A stretch of DNA of 58,648 nt, filler included, from Sphacelaria rigidula (GCA_964200075.2; 9 parts of 9 records of this genome joined end to end with filler, not necessarily neighbours in it); one strand, 5' to 3'; numbered from the whole stretch's first letter, positions 13,057 through 25,509 are shown. The notes: generated by a model not told the origin, from the letters alone. Numbers and translations: made by a program.

Positions 13057-13383
13057 GATGGTGAATCTCCAAACCTTCTGACGGTTGGGTCGTGGGTTCA
13101 AATCTCGGAGCGATATGGGATTTTTTCTCCCATCATGTCCAACAGTGGAGAGCGACTATGTCGTGGGTACACAAAATTCGACTTGACGGTCGACGAGGCG
13201 AGGGACTGCTGAACCCCTGTCGCGATAAAAAAAAAAGGCAAGCACCGCAGAAGGAAGGTGGGGTACTAAAAACAAAGAAGAAAGAAGAAAACTCCTGTGT
13301 TGATCCTCCTCTTGTGTGACCCCCGCTGGTGCGCCCACATATACCGAAAGGAGTAGACCGGCGTTCGGAATAGATGGGACGAC

Positions 13384-13422
<39 letters not shown>
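13057..13422 (+). mobile_element. SINE-like element (5' end cut by the contig start) with (CA)n tail
   Basis: Pol III B-box-like GGGTTCAAATC at ~13094-13104; body homologous to 28975-29202; ends in (CA)n at 13385-13422. Confidence 0.6.
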
Positions 13423-13425
<3 letters not shown>

Positions 13426-13616
13426 TATTTGTGCGGCTCGAAAGAAAAAAAAAAAGACAAGATCGTTGGCTGCATCGCACGCGGGCCACACGAGATCATG
13501 AAGCCAAAATTGGGTATCAGGCAATGTATGAATCCATCAACAGATCAACCAACCAACCAATCGATCGACCATTCAACGGTGTTAACGGTTATGTATCTGT
13601 GCCCTACACGTGGCAG

Positions 13617-13880
13617 GCACAGAGCACCTGTACGGAATTCCCGAGCACGCCTCGGCGATGTCCCTGAAGCCAACGGTCACCTCAGGCAAAGGAGACGACG
13701 GGTCGCCGTCGCGGTACTCTGAACCGTACCGCCTCTACACTCTGGACGTGTTCGAGTATGAACTTGACTCTCCCGCCGCGCTGTACGGCACCATTCCGGT
13801 GATGGTGGGTCATCGTGCCGGGAGGACTGCTGGCGTTTTCTGGTTCAATCCTACGGAGACTTTTGTGGACGTCGAGAAAG
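13617..13880 (+). CDS. GANAB: Glucosidase II alpha subunit (GH31), internal exon A
   Basis: HLYGIPEHA...EPYRLYTLDVFEYELDSPAALYG.IP...GVFWFNPTETFVDV; CAG acceptor at 13614-13616, GTGTGT donor at 13881; ends in phase 1. Confidence 0.9.
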
Positions 13881-14005
13881 GTGTGTTCAGTATTTCGTCT
13901 TTCTCCAACTTGTTTCGCATGATGTCATGTTCTAAACTTGATGTGTGCTACGTGGTAAATATATCTAGATGTGTATATATAGAGGGAGAAATGGATAAGG
14001 GGGAG

Positions 14006-14863
14006 GGTACTCATTTGTTGCTTGCCTTAGTCGTCTGACTGCTGACCACACATGCCTTTTGAAACGGTGCACCGTTCCTACTCCTAATAGAGACACCTTC
14101 AACATTTGGGTGTTCATTACGTTTTTTCCATACATTGCACAAAAGCCTTCCGCATATCTTATTCCCGTCCTGTTTCGCCGTCTCTGGCCACCATCTATCT
14201 CCTAGTATAGCCGTCGTTTTTCGCTAATGTCTAAAGCATCAAACAATTCCATGCCACTTTCGTTCACGTCCCGCACTTCCCCCTCTATTATAGCACGTCC
14301 CGTTTCTCCTTGTATAGTTGACATTCCGCAATAATAAGAGTTCTGCTCTCTATTGCTTTTCCACAGGGGCAGTTATGTGCATGTACTTCCTCCTCTCGAC
14401 TACTGGGATACCTCTTTCTTCTTTTTGGGAGGTCCAGGTCCCCCACCCGAAAGCGCAGTTTCAATTATTTCGCCGCGTCCATTGGGCCATGCAAACATGT
14501 TTTCATCTCTACCCCCTCTCCCAACCCGCCGTATATTTTCAGATGTTCTTCCTCGTCTACTTTGCGCCTGAGCGCTCCTTATCCCCTTAGTACTATCATG
14601 TCTCTTACTCTTGTTTTTTCCCCCGCGCCTTCACCTCTGGAAAATATTTCAACTTGGTTTCTTCCTACCTCTTTCCATACTTTGTCGACTTCTCCATCCC
14701 ACCTTATTCCACCCCGCTCTTTCGTACTTTTCTTCCATAAAGCCCTATCAACTAGAGCTGGCAATATCTTTCTCTGCATGTTCTTTATGCTACATTGCCA
14801 TGGCAATTTTCTCATGTGTCTGTTAGTTTTAAGTGAGTACATTCCCAACTCTGGATAACCTAC
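14006..14863 (-). mobile_element. 5'-truncated LINE (ORF2 C-terminal region, with stops) in a GH31 intron; ~14-bp TSD
   Basis: Minus-strand translation ELGMYSLKTNRHMRKLPW...LHGPMD..LKLRFRVGDLDLP...CPCGKAIESRT...AILGDRWWP...KASNK*; TSD TGGATAA(C)GGGGGAG at 13992-14005 and 14864-14878. Confidence 0.85.
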
Positions 14864-15558
14864 TGGATAACGGGGGAGAGACGGCTTGATGCCTTGATAC
14901 CACGGACTCGTTCCCAGGAAGCAGAGGGGTTGGAAGTGTGACAAATTTTTCTCTGAAGAACAAGAAAACAAGAATTACTCTCCTGGTGTGTGATGTACCT
15001 CGTGCAACGTGCACCACTTACACGGAGGTGGTAGACCATACTATCAATACACTGTACCACACCTCTGTGTAGACCCTCACACACCCATTCACGCACGTAC
15101 CCGTTCATCACAATCACTGATTTGAATCTTAGACCACATCAAAAAAACATTTTCGCGAGATGGAGAGTGTAGCTTCTGATTGAGAAGTCATCTTTTCAAT
15201 CGTTTGCGCGATCGGCATCGTTTTCACTTGAAGAGTTGCTGCTTGACCCTGATATACCAGAACCCCGGCGGTCAAAAGATTAGCATTCCGAACAGTTAGT
15301 CGTTGGATGTACATATGTAGACAGCGAAAGTAAACGAACGCCGTTATATATGCTTCTTTGAAATGGCAATGGGCTACTTCCCTACCCTCGCGTTGAACGT
15401 ATTAATCGCAAGAGTATTTTTTGTTTTATGTGGCATCATGTGCGACGTGTACTCAGCAACGGGCATAGACAGCAGTTTTGTGTGTCTTTTTTAATGATTT
15501 ACTCGTGGCCCAATAGCTTGATCAGAGCAAGAAAAAGTGTGTAGTCATTCCACTGTGA

Positions 15559-15673
15559 CACACTCTGGATAATGACAGTATGTGACCAATAGTTGAAATA
15601 CACAAGGAATGTACTGCGTCAAGTATGGGCACATTATAACTATTGACCGTATATTGTCATTACCCAGCGTGTG
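15559..15673. mobile_element. MITE, CACAC...GTGTG termini, 8-bp TSD (hAT/P-like)
   Basis: TIR CACACTCTGGATAATGACA / TGTCATTACCCAGCGTGTG; flanks CACTGTGA / CACTGCGA. Confidence 0.75.
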
Positions 15674-16351
15674 CACTGCGACACACAAGGCAGCATCGGG
15701 TACTCGGGCGCTCACTTCTCCTTGTGTGTCACTACATAAAGCAGAAATGAAATGCTATAAATAGGTGAAGCTGCACACCTTCATGCGGTTGCTCTACCGC
15801 AACACTTCCTTCCTGCACCTGCAATATGCGTATGCTGCGGCCAAAAGCCAGTAAAACACACCGAAGCAAGTTGGCTACTACTGCTGCAGTTACTCACTCA
15901 GAGGAACACATTGCTTTTTCTTGGGGGATTTCGGGCCGGGCTATGTCTTTGGCAAATATTTTTTCGATCGAATAGATGCGCCGGATAAGGAAAATCCCGA
16001 TATGACATAGGTCGTCGTGTCAACACAGGTGACGCCGACATAAACGAACGTTCATCATATCTATTTTTTTTAGATGACCTATTATTAGATTCAAATATTT
16101 GAAGTTACGGCTCATCAGATCGACATATTTTTTTCTACGGCACTTTCTTCATCGAAAAACATTTTGCTCAGACAGGGCTTTAGAGTCGCCCGAGTTCCAC
16201 GCGGCCTTGTGGCACCCATGTGGGAACACGTGGTTGTTGACCGACTCGGCCCCCAACCTGTTCCGCTTCTTAGTGACGGCCTTATGGCGGTGGGAAAATC
16301 GCGCTCCGGGCGTTTGTGTCTGTATATATGTTGTGAGAGTTGTGAATGGTG

Positions 16352-16524
16352 CACACCTTGGACGATATGTTCACGATAATACGTGCACTATACAAGAAAA
16401 GTACTGCATAAAGTAAAGGCCTATTGCGACTAACGTCGGCCGGCAATAGTTGCAATAGGCCTATACTTCATGCAGTACACTTCTCGTCTAATGCATCTGT
16501 TGACCACGTAGTGTCCAGGGTGTG
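16352..16524. mobile_element. Palindromic MITE, CACAC...GTGTG termini, 8-bp TSD (hAT/P-like)
   Basis: CACACCTTGGAC...GTCCAGGGTGTG; internal arms GTACTGCAT..AGGCCTATTGC / GCAATAGGCCT..ATGCAGTAC; flanks GAATGGTG / GAATCGTG. Confidence 0.8.
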
Positions 16525-16785
16525 GAATCGTGTGAGTTGAAATTTCATGACAGAGGTGTCCCAGGGGTAGTGTGAACTGACCACCCCGCAAACCTTGGAA
16601 AATGGGGCTCATGAATAAATTAAAAAAAAAAAGTGAGAATCGAAACTCGATACTCGATGTTGATTCAGATGAGAACATTCTCCACTTTTCAGCCGGTGAA
16701 TTTCGATTAGCAGAAGCGACGATTCAAATCGTGATCTTTTTTGGAACTCTTGATACGTACTTATCTTCAACACTGGTTTTAAATG

Positions 16786-16786
<1 letters not shown>

Positions 16787-16829
<43 letters not shown>
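16787..16829. repeat. (CA)n microsatellite
   Basis: Direct observation. Confidence 0.95.
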
Positions 16830-16831
<2 letters not shown>

Positions 16832-16944
16832 TCCGATCATTCATTTTCGATTTCGGTTTCGGTTTCAGTTTTACGCTTCCGTTTCCATTTCGCTCTTGTG
16901 TGTATCTGTTTGTTTGTTTCTTCTTTTTCCAAAAAAAAACTTAG

Positions 16945-17135
16945 GGGAAAACGAGGGAGAAGGCAAGTTCGCACGGTGGATCAGCGAAGGGGGAGCCCTT
17001 GACGTGGTTATGATGCCAGGACCTACGCCGGGGGCTGTGTTTCGCCAGTACGCCGACGTGACTGGAAAACCGGAACTGCCTCCGATGTTTAGCCTGGGCT
17101 TTCACCAGTGTCGATGGAACTACCGCGACGAGCAG
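16945..17135 (+). CDS. GANAB: Glucosidase II alpha subunit (GH31), internal exon B
   Basis: RWISEGGALDV...GPTP..VFRQYADVTGKPELPPMFSLGFHQCRWNYRDEQ; TAG acceptor in phase 1 matches exon A; GTACAC donor in phase 0. Confidence 0.92.
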
Positions 17136-17739
17136 GTACACAAAAAAAGAAGAATAATCAGTTATAGTGGGTGTACGTATATCGTACTGTAGGTTTTGAG
17201 AGCAATCGTTTTTTCAGGAGATATCGGGATATTGAGAGAGGGTGGTTGGCGTTGACACATCTGTGTACATGGTATTTGACACGTCTACAGTAAAAACTAT
17301 ATATTTTCATCTCCCAGCTGGACATGAGAGAAAGAACAAAAAATCATATATTTTGTGAAAATAAATATTCAGATATTTTCCGTGTGTGTGTGTGTGTGTG
17401 AGAGAGTGTGTTCATCGTCACCACCCCCTCTTAACCCTTTGACCGCCAGCATACTGTATGTTTAGGGTCGGAATATATTTTGAAAGAAAGGAAAGAGATC
17501 GACATTTACCCTTCGTAAATGTGTATCCGTCGAAATAGTACACGAGAGGGGTCAGGTAAAATTGATCTTCTTGACTGATTTCAATTATTCATGTGGAACA
17601 TACATATATACAGTATGTGTGTGTAAATAATATGTATCCTCATTTCACTCGTGTTGTTTGTATCAAATGCAATAGATTTTTTTTTCTATGATTTATTCAT
17701 TGATTTATTCTTTTGTCGTTTTTTTGTTTTTTTGCAAAG

Positions 17740-17883
17740 GATGTGTTGACCGTGGACGCTGGATTCGAGGACCTGGACATTCCCTACGACGTGATCTGGC
17801 TGGACATCGAACACACGGACGGCAAGCGCTATTTCACCTGGGACAAGGCGCTGTTTCCCGATCCCAAGCGGATGATTGACAAG
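17740..17883 (+). CDS. GANAB: Glucosidase II alpha subunit (GH31), internal exon C
   Basis: [43 protein letters not shown]-rich tract and AAG acceptor in phase 0; donor at 17884 (17887 also possible). Confidence 0.92.
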
Positions 17884-18036
17884 GTGGTAGATCATGGATA
17901 TACTTGGATGGCACCTTGGACAGTGACACGTACCGCCTTTCCATCCATCAATCAATCCATCCATCAATCGTTCATTTAATCAGCAATCCACCCATCCATT
18001 CATACATCAATCGTTCATTCAATCATCGAATCAATT

Positions 18037-18040
<4 letters not shown>

Positions 18041-18097
<57 letters not shown>
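18041..18097. repeat. (AATC)n microsatellite
   Basis: Direct observation. Confidence 0.95.
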
Positions 18098-18098
<1 letters not shown>

Positions 18099-19029
18099 CC
18101 AAATCCGTCTGTACTTTTCATTTTTCTTTCCTTCTTCACGCTTTCCCCGCTCTTGTCAAGTTATCTTCCGCAAGTGTGCCCGTTTTTATCCGTGCGTACT
18201 CCATACCGGATGCTGAGTTTAATGCGCGGACAATCTATAAATCAAATCGAATGAACCAATCCGCCTTGAGTTGAGTTTTAAGCACGATATTGCGCGAGTC
18301 AGGGGTTTGCAAACCCCGCAAAATACACGGTAGACGTGTTGTCGTTCGAGGGTGGTGGTGCTCTCAAGACAAAAATAGGCAGCTCAACGATAGCGTGTCG
18401 AGATTACGGACGTTTATCCCTTCAACTGCCAACCCCTAGCAGATGGACGCAGATGGACTATGCCACATTTGTGTTCAGAACAGCTGTTTTCTCACTACAC
18501 AAAACGCCTTTTTTCATGAACATGTGGACATTGGTCATTTGTATGGAAGAGAGTACCTGAGAACCCCTGACCGATTTTACCCTGCATTCAAGCACGTGCA
18601 GAGTCAGTATATGCGCTGTATGTCCTCGCTGGATACCGCGGGAAAGAACAGTCCGCGTACCGTCGCTCTCCACTGGACACAGTCTACTGCGTGCTGCTGA
18701 TGTCTCTGCATGGTGTTCCACAATTACACTCAAGACAGTGTGAAGCTGTGCTGGCAACACATGTAGGGTCAGGCAGGCGGCAAGACCACGAGCAGAGTAA
18801 AGAGCTCTGGCTTGGGATTTTCAGTGGGAAACTTTCAAACACAGACGGTTTAATTGGTGAGCGTTTCGGTTGCTCTGCGAACAGCCCCCCCCCACTGTCA
18901 ACCCCTCTACCTCGCCCCGGAACTCCCCGGATATCCATGGAATGTCAGCCGGTGGAAGTGTTCCGAGGCGACGCTCACGGTCTAAGGGTTATGGGTCAGA
19001 CGGTTTTGGACTGAACGATTGGAATGTTG

Positions 19030-19177
19030 CACATCCTGGATAATGACAATGGATTACACTTTTTATAAATGTACTGCGTACGGTGTAGAATATTGTGTAT
19101 ATTGCAATAGAAGTGGTAAATACTGCACGCCGTACGCTTCTTCACAATGTAATCTATTTGCCATTATCCAGGGTGTG
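19030..19177. mobile_element. MITE, CACA...TGTG termini, perfect 8-bp TSD GAATGTTG (hAT/P-like)
   Basis: CACATCCTGGATAATGACAA / TTGCCATTATCCAGGGTGTG; GAATGTTG at 19022-19029 and 19178-19185. Confidence 0.85.
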
Positions 19178-19484
19178 GAATGTTGTCATCGTTGATGCCC
19201 GTGAACAAAAATACAGGAGCTCAGAAGGTACCTGAATGTTGCCTGTTCATTTTCGCTGTACTGATCCGGACTCCAAAATAGCGGTATTTTGCTCCCTACA
19301 GCTCTTGACGCCGAGCACGCGGAGTAGCGCAAGGGTTGCACTTTGGCTTCTCTGACCCCGCGGTCACGTATTTTCGACTGTACTGTGCAGAAAACACGCT
19401 CAATGCTCCCCCCCCCCCCCGCCCCTCCACCTCCCCCCCCCTCCCTCTTCCTCTTTTTTTTCTTCCTGTTTACCTTTCTGTGGT

Positions 19485-19584
19485 NNNNNNNNNNNNNNNN
19501 NNNNNNNNNNNNNNNNNNNNNNNNNNNNTTAATTAATTAANNNNNNNNNNNNNNNNNNNNNNNNNNNNNNNNNNNNNNNNNNNN
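19485..19584. other. Artificial assembly linker
   Basis: N44-TTAATTAATTAA-N44. Confidence 0.98.
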
Positions 19585-19686
19585 CCCCCCCCCCTGCCTC
19601 GTCCCAGAAGGGGGGTGGGGTACGGGGGGAAGGACACAAGAGAAAAAAGAAAAAGGTCCCCCCCCCCCCCCCCCCCCCCCCGTCCG

Positions 19687-19725
19687 AATGGTCTGATGAC
19701 TATGGCATGCATGATCATGAGTACA
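19687..19725 (+). mobile_element. 39-bp LINE 3'-end insertion with 11-bp TSD CCCCCCGTCCG
   Basis: AATGGTCTGATGACT...ATGAGTACA is homologous to 30869-30920 and related to the other LINE ends; duplication at 19676-19686 and 19726-19736. Confidence 0.7.
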
Positions 19726-20879
19726 CCCCCCGTCCGCCCCCCTCTCTCCTCCCCGACAATTCAATCAAGCGGACCCAACTCCCACAAAAAATGGCTAACA
19801 TATATCCAGTCGTGCCCTTTATATTTTCGATTCGCAGTTGTCTTCAAATTTTCAGATCCTAACTTTTAGAGATCGAGCGAAATATCGCCCATGACACTGT
19901 TTGGTGTCACATGGTGGGACCACCCTGTACTACAGCGCCCTCAACTCTAGACTACACTTCACTCATCTTGCAAACGCGAATGGGCATCATGTACTTGTAT
20001 AGTATCCATCTGGCTATATCATACCGACCGTCTGAAAGCTGAGAACGAGATTGCTCACGCAGATTCGAATCAGTAACTTCCGAGCGTAACCCGGGTGTTA
20101 TTGCGGTCCACAGCGTACGTTGTTGTTAGAGGTAATGGACCGGTCAGGACACTAGTGTGTGCAGACAACCGTTTAGTACACTGAACCTACACTGCAAACA
20201 GCCAACATGGTTGGAGACTGCATTTACAGTGTTATTCCTCGTTTTACTGCGGGATAGCTCTCGTCCCTTCGAACCCACGTGTGCCAATACAAATTGTGTG
20301 ACTCGGTTTAATCAAAAACGAGCTATTGTTGCCGCTGTCCCTCAATAGTCTACCTAGTACACTAACAGCTGGATCGGGAGTAAAGTTGGGTGTTCGAATA
20401 TAGACAGATATGACTATTTTGATCAGAACATGTACAATATTACATCGTTGAAATCATTGAGACGCAAGTGGCGAAGGAAACTCAACGAGGGTCGACGGCG
20501 ATTGGGAATGCTGATCAAGCCCTCGACAACGTGAGGTCAGGTACGTACCATGGGAGAGATGTCATGATTTCATTGGACTGCCGATGTGCCCCAACGATCG
20601 GGGGGAGGAGAGGGCGGTGGGGGGTGGATTGTGACCAAAAAAGGGGGGCATTAATACCGGGCGCCTGAAGTGTGAAAACCTCAGTATGATTTGAGCCTAC
20701 ATGTTCGGCTCCATAGTACTATCCCTAGCCCAGATCCATGTCTCTCTAGCATGCTCACGATCTGCCAGCGCACAATTCACCGCCCTTCACCAGCTCACAC
20801 TAGCCATACGTACAGTTACTAGCTCACGGGTTGTCCACGGGTTTGGACTGGAGTGTGGCCATTGGCGAGGAGGAACATG

Positions 20880-21180
20880 GCCGACAATAGAAAACTGATT
20901 TCGGCAGATGAAATTTTCCAGGCGAACGTCCACATCCAACCGGATGTCCATCTAGGACATAGCAAGTCCAAAGACATGTCAGATGAGTGTTCACGTCCCA
21001 GATGGGTGTCCCGCATGGATATCCATATACCAGATGGAGATTCGCCTCCCAATTGGATATTTCCAGATGGACCTCAGATCCCATGCGGATACTTCAGATG
21101 TAAATCCAATCGGGATATCCCAGCATAGCAGATGAATGTAGATCCCAGATAGACGTCCCAGAAGGGTATCTATATCCTGA
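20880..21180. repeat. Degenerate short-unit repeat rich in (C)CAGATG(G)
   Basis: About ten CAGAT(G) cores interspersed with ATATCC/GTCCC motifs. Confidence 0.55.
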
Positions 21181-21399
21181 GTGAAACTGCCACGACAGTA
21201 GGAGGCTGCCGATTGTCATCCATCATGCTTCACACCTCTGTGGGATAATGTGACCGGCCGGCTGACCGTATCCCAGACGTTTTGTTTTAGCTCAAGTCCT
21301 TCTCCAACTGAGCGACTACAGTCTCCGTTAATAATGTCATGTTCCATGTCCTAACCGCTGTGTTATATTAGTGCTCAAGAAAACCAGTAGTTTCCGCAC

Positions 21400-24000
21400 T
21401 TTTCCAGTGGTCCACCTACGGACAATTTGTATCATGTGTCGATCGGAGGACAAACCCTTCGACCGTGGCACGCACTCCATTGACGATTTGTACCAAGCCA
21501 CCACCACCTTTTGTGTACTGATGTTTGCGTACGGCTACTCCTACAATGATGGTTTTAGACTCTCCATGGTCAATGGGCTAATCTGTGGGTGCTCTCCTGC
21601 AGACCCTCCCACAAGCTTAGTCGTCAACGACTCAACACTTTTGCTGTCCAGGTGTGCCCTTGTGTTGGATCAGCACCATTTTCGCTCGATAGTTGATCGA
21701 AATATATAATGACCCGCTTGCTAGCGCTCGAAGGGTTGAGATCCAACGATCACTTCCCTCGTGTGCATGATTCCCCTCGAAACGCGACGAAGGGGGAGAA
21801 ATGTGTGTAGCGAAATTGCGCCCAGCTATTATAGATGGAAAATCCGACAAAACTCGAAGATCTGCGGATGAGTGGGAATATCCTTCCCCAAACTAGAAAA
21901 GTAATGGTTTCGCCATCCTGCCGTTGTTTTAGGGTTTGCTGTGCCCGTCACGCGTACTCTCTCATAGAGCTATCCAGACTCACACTGCTGCAACTAAAAT
22001 GAATGACTTCGGTACTTTCTTGTTGGCCAACGACATGGAACGATTTGGGTCATATTATGTCTCGCGTAGATCGACACAGGAACCAAAATCGGGACGGAAG
22101 CGTCGTTCCTGGCCTCTAAGTTTACAACCGTATGCGCTGCTGCTTACTCCCCCGCGCCCTTATGAACCGCCGGTCGGCCAACTCTCCCCCCCCGCTGAGA
22201 ACAGGCGCGCTTCGTCGAAGTATATTAACAGGTAAGCTTACTGGAATGCTCGCCCTCCCTCGCGCCCTTCCCTTCCTTGCTCGTTGACCTGCATATATCC
22301 GTGTGAATTGACAACAGCATATCATCATCAACCCTGGGAATACGTCTACATTGGATCTCACCGTAGACGCAAACCATGCAAGGTGCAACGTGGTGTTCGT
22401 CGGCGTTGCTGTTTCGACCTCACAAATTAGCCAGCTGACTCTATTCTCCATGAGATTCCAGGTGCGTGCGTGGTCTCCTCACATCACCATAGCCTCACGT
22501 GTCATGTATGCGTGCCAAAACCAACTTTGAAAAGCAGATACCCGTAGCACCTTGCTATCCTCATCATGTCGCAGCGGGCGGGCGCGCCAGTAGGAAACAC
22601 GTTGGTAAGATTATAAGGCTGAACGTTCGGGGTTTTGGTAAGATCACCCTGGACGATAGACCACATCAGCAAAACGTGTACGGTGTATAGTATCGAGTAT
22701 TTCGCTATTGCAGTAGACAATGGATCCAACACGTACGCAGCTCCACTTTTTTGCCAATGTAATCTGTTGTCCAGAGTATGGTAACAAATAAGGCACAAGA
22801 AATCGGACTGGGCTCTTGCACTAATCCCTTAATATTTGATGAAAGATGTTTGTATATCGGGTGAGACGATAAAATAAGAGTTGAAGCGTTTTGCTTGGAC
22901 CCAACACAGTGTTTCTGACTGGCGGGCCGCTACTGTACCAGGGGTGGTACCTTGATACACCCAACATGTGTGGAAGGGGCGGACAGTGGGTGATATCAGC
23001 CTAAAGCGTGGAAGTCTTGCGCGACGTCTGGGCGGTGCCTAATGTGTCCAGCATATATGGCAGGGCGCGAAACGGCCGGATGACGATGTTTTGAAGCTTG
23101 ACCTTCTCCGGAAACAAGCTCATGCGCTTCATGCACGTCATGGGTCCCGTCTCGCGAAAGATCCCAGCGAGATCGTTCGGACGATCAATTCCTCGGGGGG
23201 TGGCCACGGAAGTGCAATGGGCTCGACAAGAATAAGCCCTAGCCAAACCGGGGTGAACGGTAATGTTCCGTCACGCTCGATATCTGGGTAAGTTATGAGT
23301 TATCAGCTATGAGCCGTGGAAGTTTTGTGAGTGAGCGAACGCGCGTGGCCGTGTTCCCGATGTGCGAAGGGTGCATGTCGGTTACATTATTGCCACGTTC
23401 TCGAGGCGGTCACCTCCTCCTGTGAGCATGATATTCACGTTTGGCTGCGAGTATCTGCGTCTGAGCGTCGTGCGACTGACACGATACGTCATGGTCTTGA
23501 CAACAGAATATCATTGGCTTTTTCGTTTTGAGTAGGAGGCGCCCATTCCTCCCCTCCATGTTGCTTCTCATGTCACGGTAGTTGTTCGATCGACAAAAGC
23601 TGCCGCCTCCTCATGGATCGAGCAGTGCCGTTGTAGATACCATGTGCGGTGAATGTCGCGGTTGCGTTGTTTCCTTCGGTGTCGGTTTGTCTTGGGGCAG
23701 ACAGCACTATCAGGGTATACACTCGACACATTGAGACCGCCAACAGCTACAGACTCTACCAACCTAACATTGGAGCACGGCGCTCTGAGCAACCACGGTA
23801 GGCCTGATGCATGGCCTATCAACCGGAATAAATGAGGTCGACTAGGTATTTTACAAAGGCAGACAGCCCAGATGACGCTCTGCCAGACTTTTTGGGTCTG
23901 CTGGTTACGATTAGGGTACAATGAGTTGCGATCAAGAGGCAGATGAGATACTTTATTCGTAAAAATCCCCAGAACCAGGTGCAAGGTTGGGGGAAAAGGA
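21400..24000 (-). mobile_element. Highly decayed Ty3/gypsy-like pol relic (boundaries approximate)
   Basis: Minus-strand fragments echo RT-RNaseH motifs in order (DFLCLICYH...DPLSTAIAK...DLTKTPNV...GFGTH...RTWNLME); many stops and frameshifts. Confidence 0.4.
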
Positions 24001-25509
24001 GTTTTGAAGAGGTACATACCATTGTCACCACAAGGAAATGGTCGGCTCGGCTGCTCTAGCCATGCAAGCGGCAGCGTAAGAGTGGCACATGCTGATTGTA
24101 ACTTGTGCCTTTTTCTCCCCTCAAAATACCTAGAAACGCCGGAGAATGTCCTTGACCATAATGGTTATTTATTTCGAAAATCATACCGCGCGAAACTTCG
24201 TTGAGTACAAAGACGACGGGTACGTGATGTTGTGTTGTTTCGGCGCACTCATCCCCATTTTGTCTGTGCTCAGGTTCGCATCGTGTATTTCGACGAGGCT
24301 CTGATTGCCAACAACATACCAGTCATGCAGGCGCTGGGAATTGAACAGTACTACGGTGAAGGGCTTACCGACATACAGGCTATTCAATTCACAGGTGGGT
24401 AAAACCAGCTCGCAGGTATCGAGCCGGAGGCGTGTACACGTTTCATATATATGGTGATCTGTCAAACCGCAGTGGTATCTATTTGCGTCGACCTGGAAGG
24501 TAGGCTCACCAATTGTGAAAATAAATACTACAAATTAACTCGGCATCTTCCCGCGATCAAGTACGCTTATCGCCATCACTGTGTCTCACTATCTCTCATA
24601 GCAAGCACTGCACGATTGACATGACTGCGCACTAATATGAAAATGCACGGCCCTCAGCATCGTGCACGAGCACCTTGAGGTGGTGATACTGGTAGCTTGT
24701 CCCACGTTGGTATTCGATGCGTTTTGTGCCGAAGCATGTGCCGAGTGATGCCCCACCCGCGCCCATAGTATACAAATGAACTGAAAATAACAGTAATTTG
24801 ACACGTCTAGTTTCGTCTAAAAATGTCTCGGTAGAACGCTTGAAAATTATTTTCAAAAATATACACAGCTTTCGACAACACGTATTACGCTTCAGACAAC
24901 AGTGAATAACCCCTGCCCTGTTCAACCACACGCCCCATGGCGCCCGCACGCACCCCGCGCCAACGCACGACCAATGCCGTTCGAACATTCACCAGACAAG
25001 GCGAAACCCCGCTACGTGGTCCCCAGCCTGCAAACGGACCCCAAGACGCTCAATATCTTCACAAGACCAGTACGGCAGTTGGTGCAAGCTTCTTCAAATC
25101 TAGGCGTGGTCGATGTCGTGGCACAGTGAGAGGAAACTTCGACTTGTTTTCATGACTTAGCAGGAGAATCGATATAATGTAGCAAATTGCCATCAGGGTC
25201 TTCCTTCGGGACAAACTGTTGACACACTGCATGTGGTGAGACAGTCCCTTTCCATCGCTTGTAAATGTTTCCATTATGAATCCCTTGCCAATGTCCATAC
25301 CCACTGAGCGTTGGTGCGCGACAAACATGTGTTCGTCAAATATTTATATACTATTTTTTTCTTCATAACCAATGTGTGTGTTACCTTCTTCTAAAGAAAA
25401 CACACCACGCATCACACGAAAACAATATGTCTATCCGATGGCACGATCACATGCTTTCCGCCAGCGGGCCCATGTTAACGACACGATATCCCTGCCGATC
25501 TGACGCCAG

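Noticed and set aside
17431..18991. piggyBac-like ends (TTAA-CCCTTTGACCG ... CGGTCTAAGGG-TTAT) enclosing GH31 exon C
   Set aside because: The exon is phase-compatible with its neighbours, and a homologous right end occurs separately at ~6590-6661, so these are probably independent fragments
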